Assembly: GCA_905235515.1 (NCBI GenBank)
Contig: CAJOLV010000001.1
Span: forward strand, 2,170 to 66,169
Reading direction: 5' to 3'
From: an uncultured Bacilli bacterium
GTDB lineage: Bacteria > Bacillota_I > Bacilli_A > RFN20 > CAG-826
DNA: 64,000 bases
Positions 58,088 to 64,000 of the stretch are shown one piece after another; the stretch's first letter is position 1; every line of letters begins with the position of its first letter. The notes under the pieces were generated by a model. That model saw only the letters and a list, made by a program, of their open reading frames with translations. It searched no databases and was not told the origin of the DNA. Made by a program: the position numbers and the translations under genes.

Positions 58088-59630
58088 AAAACTACATTTA
58101 GCATTCGCAATATTGTTCTCTGGTCTTTTTATTGGAACAGCTATAGCTTTGCTCGTTTTCGTTTTTAAGGGAACATATAACGATTATCCAATTATTTCTG
58201 TTTTGTTCATCTTTGTCGCCTTATTAACCGCATTGACTGCGATGTATTTCTTAATTAAATACAATACCATTCGCGCCGAATTAAAAACGGTGATTAATGA
58301 TAACATATATAACTTAGGTGAAAAGACCGCCTTTTTTGGTGTGACAGCCTTTGCTAAACGTGTTAACCGTTTAAATAGAAATCGTCGTTTAGCACAAAAG
58401 AAACAATATGTAATAGCTTTTACAGCAGCGAACTTATCAACAACTCAAAATCCTAATAGAGATGACTCTGTCACTTTATTAAATGCTCGTATTGCTTCTT
58501 TCTTATCTAGTTTTGTTCACATCACCAAATCTAATAATAGTCGTAAGAGAAGAAAAGATAGAGTGGTTTGTTTTAATCGTGGTTCCTTCTTAGTCTATTT
58601 ATTCTTAGATAACGAACACGATGTGAGACATATTGTTGATGAGATTTCTAATAATATTTTTGAAATTGCCGAACAATACCAAATCCATATTTATGTTCAA
58701 CCCTTCTTTGGTGTCGCAGAAATTGAAGAAAATAAACCATTATTAGAATCTATTGAAGACGCAAATATCGCAAGAAACGTCTCTGAACGTAACTTTGAAA
58801 CTTTAACTTATTACCATGACTCCTTTAGAAGAAGATCATCCAAAGAAGAAGTAAAAGAAATTGCAGAAGCTTTGGCGAATAATGAATTCGTTGTTTACTA
58901 TCAACCAAAATTTAATCTCAGCACAAGAAGATTTATCTCCTCTGAAGCTTTAGTGAGATGGAATAGTAAAAAACATGGTTTGTTATCTCCTAATAAATTT
59001 ATCCCAGTTGTTGAAGCAGCAGGTTTAATTCATGAAATTGATACCTTCGTTTTTAAACGCGTTTGTGAAGATTTAAACGAAGCAAAAAGAAAGGGAAGAA
59101 GAATGTTACCAGTCTCTATTAACTTCTCCTTATATGAGTTCTATTCCTCTGAATTTTTAAATCACATCATTGATTTGCTGGATAAATATCAAATTAATTC
59201 ATCTTATATTGAAATTGAAATTACCGAAGCAACATCTCGTGCGAATACTTTTACTGCTATCTCGATTATCAAGAAATTAAGAGATAAAGGTATCCGTGTT
59301 TTAATGGATGACTTTGGTGTTGGCTTCTCTAATATTAACAACTTAAAAAAGATACCTTTTGATGCGGTCAAAATTGATAAATCATTTATCGATGATATTG
59401 CGACAGATTTAAAAAGTAGAGCGATTGTGAAATTCTTAATCGAATTATGTTTAGCAAACGATTTAGAAGTTATCGCTGAAGGTGTTGACAATAAAGAACA
59501 AGTTGAAATATTAAAGAAACTCAAATGTAACACAATTCAAGGATTTTATTATTCCAAAGCTTTACCACAAAAAGAATATGAACAATTCCTTCTTAATAAC
59601 CCGTTTGAAAGAAAGGAGAGTAGTAACTAA
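58077..59630 (+). CDS. Membrane-anchored EAL phosphodiesterase with a degenerate GGDEF domain
   Basis: YYQPK, SEALVRW, EIEITE, MDDFGVGFS, KIDKSF and AEGVD all intact; the GGDEF position reads NRGSF. Confidence 0.9.
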   Translation: MGNKKLHLAFAILFSGLFIGTAIALLVFVFKGTYNDYPIISVLFIFVALLTALTAMYFLIKYNTIRAELKTVINDNIYNLGEKTAFFGVTAFAKRVNRLNRNRRLAQKKQYVIAFTAANLSTTQNPNRDDSVTLLNARIASFLSSFVHITKSNNSRKRRKDRVVCFNRGSFLVYLFLDNEHDVRHIVDEISNNIFEIAEQYQIHIYVQPFFGVAEIEENKPLLESIEDANIARNVSERNFETLTYYHDSFRRRSSKEEVKEIAEALANNEFVVYYQPKFNLSTRRFISSEALVRWNSKKHGLLSPNKFIPVVEAAGLIHEIDTFVFKRVCEDLNEAKRKGRRMLPVSINFSLYEFYSSEFLNHIIDLLDKYQINSSYIEIEITEATSRANTFTAISIIKKLRDKGIRVLMDDFGVGFSNINNLKKIPFDAVKIDKSFIDDIATDLKSRAIVKFLIELCLANDLEVIAEGVDNKEQVEILKKLKCNTIQGFYYSKALPQKEYEQFLLNNPFERKESSN

Positions 59631-60364
59631 TGATTATCATTTTAGGTTCCACACACGATGACATTCTCTATTTTGAAAGTGTCATGACTAACCGCCGTGA
59701 AGAAACACTATTTGAAAAATATCCATTAGAATATGGTACTATTTTTAACCAAGAAGTCGTTTTAGCGTATGATATTTACACCTCCTATGAATCAGGCATT
59801 ATTGCTAATTACTTATTACAAAAACATTTTGTTATTTTATGTATCGTCGTTGGCAAATGCGTGAGCTACTCCTCCGATATGAAACCGGGAGATATCGCTA
59901 TTGCGACAAATGTCATCTTTGGGGATGTCAATCAAATTAAAGAGAGCAACTCTCAATTAGGGCAAATTCCTCATTTACCAAGAGAATTACCAGCTTCTGA
60001 TGAAGTTATTGTCTATCTCGAACAAGCGCTTGAGAAAAGAAGTTTCTCCCGTCACGATAGAACATTATTTGTGACAAGCAGCAGTATTTATGAAACCGTT
60101 GAAAGAATTAAACACTTAGTGATGAACGATTATATCTTTGGTCAAAAAGAAAAAGTCGTCTTTGATTGCACTAGTGGTGGAGTCTTCTTATCCGCAAACT
60201 TATATAACATCCCAGTCGTGGGTATTAAAGTTGTTGAAAAATTGCTTAATGAGAAATCGACAGTTGATAATTATATCAATGTCTTAAAACAATATTCTGG
60301 TGTTGGTAGAGCCGTTGTCACTTGCATTGGTGATATTGGTCGTAATGATATTATGAGAGACTAG
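59630..60364 (+). CDS. MTA/SAH nucleosidase (PNP_UDP_1 fold)-like protein, catalytic motifs degenerate
   Basis: IIILGS...E, MKPGDIAIA, DVNQ...GQIP, FVTSS layout of MtnN; the EME and RxxSD equivalents read DCT and KVVEK. Confidence 0.7.
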   Translation: MIIILGSTHDDILYFESVMTNRREETLFEKYPLEYGTIFNQEVVLAYDIYTSYESGIIANYLLQKHFVILCIVVGKCVSYSSDMKPGDIAIATNVIFGDVNQIKESNSQLGQIPHLPRELPASDEVIVYLEQALEKRSFSRHDRTLFVTSSSIYETVERIKHLVMNDYIFGQKEKVVFDCTSGGVFLSANLYNIPVVGIKVVEKLLNEKSTVDNYINVLKQYSGVGRAVVTCIGDIGRNDIMRD

Positions 60365-60369
60365 TAGTT

Positions 60370-63300
60370 ATGAAAAAGAAACAAAGAGAAATTACCATAG
60401 CCCGTTCATTCGCCTTATCATTTATCATTCCAGGCGCTATTTTAGTTGCTACGCTATTCATCAGCATAGTTTTATTTATCCTTGCATCTAGATTAGATAA
60501 CAATATCTTTTTAATCGTTGGTCTTGTTGTCGTAGGAGTTTTTACTATTGCCTACGCTGCAACAAGCACTGTTTTCTTCCATAGATTAATTAAGGTCTAT
60601 CAAAATGGTTTATACAAAACCACAGCCTCTTTATTAAGAGGATTAAAACAAAATATCCCAACTGCGGATAATTATCCAAAAACCAACATTAAAGAAATGA
60701 ATGAATTACGTGATGAATTAAATGATGTGAACATAATTACATCTAATTCTACACTTATTTCGCATGACTTATCCGAAGCCTATATTCCTTTAAACTATAT
60801 TTCTGAAGAAGATAGCATCGTCACTTTAGAATCATTTAAAACAGAATTGCGCGCTTTAATTTATAGCTCGCAAAATTATCGTAACGCGATAGTGGAAGTC
60901 TTTTATGATTTAGAAGATGATATTATCACTGAAGAAGAAGGAAAGAGAATCATTGAGGTTTTAAAAGATAGTTTCCTTAATTATAGTCATCTTTTATTCA
61001 TTCCTAATGAAGATCAAACTGGTTTCTTTATGTTCTTACCAAAAGTTGACTCTATCTCTAATATTAGAGACCGCTTAGAATCCGCTTTAAAGAACATTTC
61101 CATCGCGAAAAAGACATTTGATGGTATTACCACTATTAATGCGAGATTCTCCGTTGTTTGTTATCCATATAGCAACATTAATGAACTATTCTCTGACTTA
61201 AGATACGCAAAACGTCAAGGACAAGCCCTTAATGTCTATTTACCAAGCAGATTAGCGGCCTTAAGTGAAAATAGAGTGTTGCAAAACTCCTTAAACCTTA
61301 ACCATATGTCACGAGTGATGGAAAAACTCTCTGACTTAAAGGTGACATTCAAAGAAAAAGACAAGAGTGTGAGAACTATTAAAAACACCTTGTCTGATTT
61401 AATTACCTATTTAGGTATTGATTGCGCTGGGATCATTTCATTTGATGATGTTAATAACACTTATAACGCTACTATTTCAGTAGAAAGAGATACTACACCA
61501 GTATTCCCTGAAGGAACATTAATTGAAAAGCGCTTTATTAACGCGATTGACTCCGCAAGAGATCCAGATGATTCCTATTATTTCTCAACAAGAAAGCACA
61601 CTCCATTTGAAGTGGGTAATTTCTTAGATAAGATTGGTGTCTTTAGTGGTTTCTATTATATTATTCACGACCAAACACATGTTATCTCTGTTATTTACTT
61701 CTTCAATAAAGCTAAAGATTTAATTATCGACTCCTATATTAGAGAGACAATCTTCTTGCTCTCTTATCGTATTGGTGATTTCTTCTTTATGTTAAATGAA
61801 GAACAAAAGATTGATGAAACATATAAAGAAATCAATGGTGTTTTGATGTCTAGTGACTACACCTTATATAGAATCGATAGAAATAATTACAACTTAGTTG
61901 GTTATTCTTCTCATTTCCCAACCATTTGTCCAAAAGCCAAAATTGGCGATAAATGTTATCACACCATCTATGGTTTAGATGAACCATGCCAAGGCTGTCC
62001 ATTACGTGCAAATAAGAAGATGCTATCAACCATTCGTAATAAGACATATGAAACATCTCTAACACTTAACGAATCTAATATTAGATTAGTGAGATTATTA
62101 ATGCACAATGTCAAAGATAGTGAAGACACCACTGATAGATTTGATAAGGACTTATTAATCAATTCCTACTCATCATTAAATATCTCCTTAGAAGATTTAT
62201 ATTCCATTAATGCGAGAGGTTATTTAATTGTTTTAAGAATGGATAATCATGATCAACTATTACATGACACTGGTAGTGAAGGTACCTTATATCTCACTAG
62301 ACAATTAATTAAAAATATCAAAGATATTAGACGCGCTAACGCAAATATTTATTACTTCTCACCAGAAAGTATCGCGGTTTTAATGCCAGAAGTTGGCCAA
62401 GTTGATGTTGTTAACTTTATTGAAGAGATTTATGAAGTCAGTAAAAATAAATATCAATATAATGGCTTAGATTATCAATTTAATATCACTTATTTGCCAT
62501 ACAACTTCCCACAAGCATATCCAACTGCAGATGGTTTCTTAAAATACGTGTTACGTCACTTCAACTCCTTACAATTTGAGATTAATGCCGATAAGATCTT
62601 CTTCCCAGATGGTGATTATAGTAGAAGTGCTTCCCGTAACGAATTCATTTTATCTGTTATTGATGAACAATTCGGCAACAAGACATTCTCGGTTGCCTTA
62701 CAACCAATGGTGAATTCAGAAACTAAGAACATCTATGGTGCTGAAATTCTTATCCGTCTTTCCGATAATTACCGTAACCAAGTCTTTAACGCTGATGAAT
62801 TAATTAAGGTCGCCGCGAGAAACGGTAAGATTTCGATGATTTCTAATGCGTTAATTCAATATATTGGTGAACTCTATAAGCAATATGGTTTAACTATCTT
62901 TAAACTCTATGGCTTCAAGAGATTAACAATGAACACAGACTTCTCATATTTTGATGATCCAGACTTCTTTACGACTATTTATAACTTATTCGAAGAATAT
63001 CACTTACCAAAAGAATTCTTAGGTTTTGAAATTACCGAAAGAGAAATCTATACTCACTTAGATCAATTTAGAAAAGTGGCAAGAGGTATTCTCAACCACC
63101 ATATCGTTCTCATTTGTGACCAATATAGTGGTGAATTCTTATCTATGGATACATTAAAAGAACTCGGCTTTATTGAGATTAAGATTGGTCGTTACTTAGT
63201 TGGCGATATTGAGGTCAATCCAAAGCACTTAAGCGAAATCTCCTCGATTGATAAACTTGCGACAGAACACGGCTTAAGAACGACATTCGTCGGTGTGGAA

Positions 63301-63420
63301 AATCCTGATCAATATATCTTAATTAGAGATATGGATAAGAAGTCTAACTGCCAAGGTTATCACTTCTATAAACCATTAGATGATTACCACTTAATCGAAG
63401 AGATTAGAAAGAATCGTTAA
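60370..63420 (+). CDS. 1016 aa membrane sensor: degenerate GGDEF, GAF, PAS(Cys), degenerate GGDEF, degenerate EAL
   Basis: Two TM; CPKAKIGDKCY...EPCQGCP; LQPMV...GAEILIRL, FEITE, but DDFGTG reads DQYSGE and AEGVE reads FVGVE; no intact GG(D/E)EF. Confidence 0.8.
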   Translation: MKKKQREITIARSFALSFIIPGAILVATLFISIVLFILASRLDNNIFLIVGLVVVGVFTIAYAATSTVFFHRLIKVYQNGLYKTTASLLRGLKQNIPTADNYPKTNIKEMNELRDELNDVNIITSNSTLISHDLSEAYIPLNYISEEDSIVTLESFKTELRALIYSSQNYRNAIVEVFYDLEDDIITEEEGKRIIEVLKDSFLNYSHLLFIPNEDQTGFFMFLPKVDSISNIRDRLESALKNISIAKKTFDGITTINARFSVVCYPYSNINELFSDLRYAKRQGQALNVYLPSRLAALSENRVLQNSLNLNHMSRVMEKLSDLKVTFKEKDKSVRTIKNTLSDLITYLGIDCAGIISFDDVNNTYNATISVERDTTPVFPEGTLIEKRFINAIDSARDPDDSYYFSTRKHTPFEVGNFLDKIGVFSGFYYIIHDQTHVISVIYFFNKAKDLIIDSYIRETIFLLSYRIGDFFFMLNEEQKIDETYKEINGVLMSSDYTLYRIDRNNYNLVGYSSHFPTICPKAKIGDKCYHTIYGLDEPCQGCPLRANKKMLSTIRNKTYETSLTLNESNIRLVRLLMHNVKDSEDTTDRFDKDLLINSYSSLNISLEDLYSINARGYLIVLRMDNHDQLLHDTGSEGTLYLTRQLIKNIKDIRRANANIYYFSPESIAVLMPEVGQVDVVNFIEEIYEVSKNKYQYNGLDYQFNITYLPYNFPQAYPTADGFLKYVLRHFNSLQFEINADKIFFPDGDYSRSASRNEFILSVIDEQFGNKTFSVALQPMVNSETKNIYGAEILIRLSDNYRNQVFNADELIKVAARNGKISMISNALIQYIGELYKQYGLTIFKLYGFKRLTMNTDFSYFDDPDFFTTIYNLFEEYHLPKEFLGFEITEREIYTHLDQFRKVARGILNHHIVLICDQYSGEFLSMDTLKELGFIEIKIGRYLVGDIEVNPKHLSEISSIDKLATEHGLRTTFVGVENPDQYILIRDMDKKSNCQGYHFYKPLDDYHLIEEIRKNR

Positions 63421-63423
63421 TAC

Positions 63424-63451
63424 AAAAATTGTGCAGAAATGCACTTTTTTT
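63424..63451 (+). terminator. Terminator ending the fibre/c-di-NMP operon
   Basis: GTGCA-GAAA-TGCAC stem flanked by A- and T-tracts. Confidence 0.75.
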
Positions 63452-63548
63452 GCGCAAAAGTCCATTTTTCCTTAAATTATAAAATGAAATTAGGAGTTTT
63501 TGTTTTTCCTAATTGATAAAATTATTATGTATATGCGGAGGCGATATT

Positions 63549-64000
63549 GTGAAAATGATTAAATTAAATAACGGAGTGGAAATACCGCAAATTGGTTATG
63601 GTGTTTATCAAATTCCACCAGAGATAACTAAGGAATGTGTCCTTAATGCTTTGCGTGCTGGCTATCGCCATATTGATACCGCATATGCTTATCGTAACGA
63701 AAAACAAGTTGGGGAAGCTTTAAAAGAAAGTGGGCTTAAAAGAGAAGAAGTATTTATTACCACAAAAATATATAATGGCCAAAGTTTTTTAGATGCATGT
63801 GAGAAGATTGAGCTAGCATTAAAAACACTTGCTGTTGATTATATTGACCTTATGCTTATCCATTGGCCAGAAGGAGATAACTTAGGCATGTATAGAGCTA
63901 TGGAAAAATATTATCGAGAAGGTAAATTAAGAGCTATTGGTTTATCAAATTTTTACGATGATGAATTAGATAACATCTTAAAACACGCCGAGATACCTCC
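63549..64000 (+). CDS. Aldo/keto reductase (2,5-DKG reductase-like), partial
   Basis: Not in the track. GTG at 63549/ATG at 63555; IKLNNGVEIPQIGYGVYQ, GYRHIDTAYAYRNE, VFITTK, YIDLMLIHWP, IGLSNF. Confidence 0.93.
   Translation, partial: MKMIKLNNGVEIPQIGYGVYQIPPEITKECVLNALRAGYRHIDTAYAYRNEKQVGEALKESGLKREEVFITTKIYNGQSFLDACEKIELALKTLAVDYIDLMLIHWPEGDNLGMYRAMEKYYREGKLRAIGLSNFYDDELDNILKHAEIP

Noticed and set aside
1-64000. Many short (60-146 aa) ORFs in the track overlapping long genes; CRISPR arrays; tRNA/rRNA
   Set aside because: The short ORFs are antisense or off-frame shadows with no RBS or motifs. No regularly spaced repeats, cloverleafs or rRNA signatures were seen.

Overview
A ~64 kb chromosomal window from a low-GC, genetic-code-11 Bacillota (Trp=TGG, TGA used as stop). 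Gene content and compact style suggest a gut/rumen Bacilli lineage (inference). All family calls come from recognising sequence motifs; no database search was run. Housekeeping and metabolic genes (ABC exporters, manA, acyltransferase/ACP, GH3, upp, P-type ATPase, tldD/pmbA, arcC, queT, rpmE, metG, AKR) flank two accessory loci. (1) 8.1-28.9 kb is a starch/pullulan utilisation locus: a maltodextrin ABC importer (binding protein fused to Ig-like Big_2 domains; ATPase extended to 852 aa by extra TOBE-like domains and a coiled coil), a GH13 alpha-amylase, a type I pullulanase and non-catalytic Big_2/CBM26-like lipoproteins. It looks like a dockerin-free, lipoprotein-anchored counterpart of an amylosome. 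(2) 46.5-63.4 kb is a cyclic-dinucleotide-controlled surface-fibre locus and the best candidate for an undescribed system. It holds five paralogous TasA-like subunits (four with SipW-type signal peptides), a SipW peptidase and a small protein resembling SipW without its catalytic domain. It also holds a membrane-anchored McrB-like AAA+ NTPase with a DUF2357/McrC-like partner lacking a recognisable nuclease domain, an intact EAL protein, an MTAN-fold pseudo-enzyme and a degenerate GGDEF/EAL protein. Most of the locus lies downstream of a GEMM-I (c-di-GMP-I class) riboswitch with an ON-type terminator. That riboswitch has A at the position equivalent to G20, and the neighbouring GGDEF cyclase has Asn at the guanine-specifying Asp position, so the signal may be c-di-GMP, 3',3'-cGAMP or both. 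Relics include an IS200/IS605 tnpB 3' end with its right end (the omegaRNA region), a truncated antitoxin, a DUF4143 ATPase fragment and a frameshifted DUF2804 gene. No rRNA, tRNA or CRISPR array was seen.
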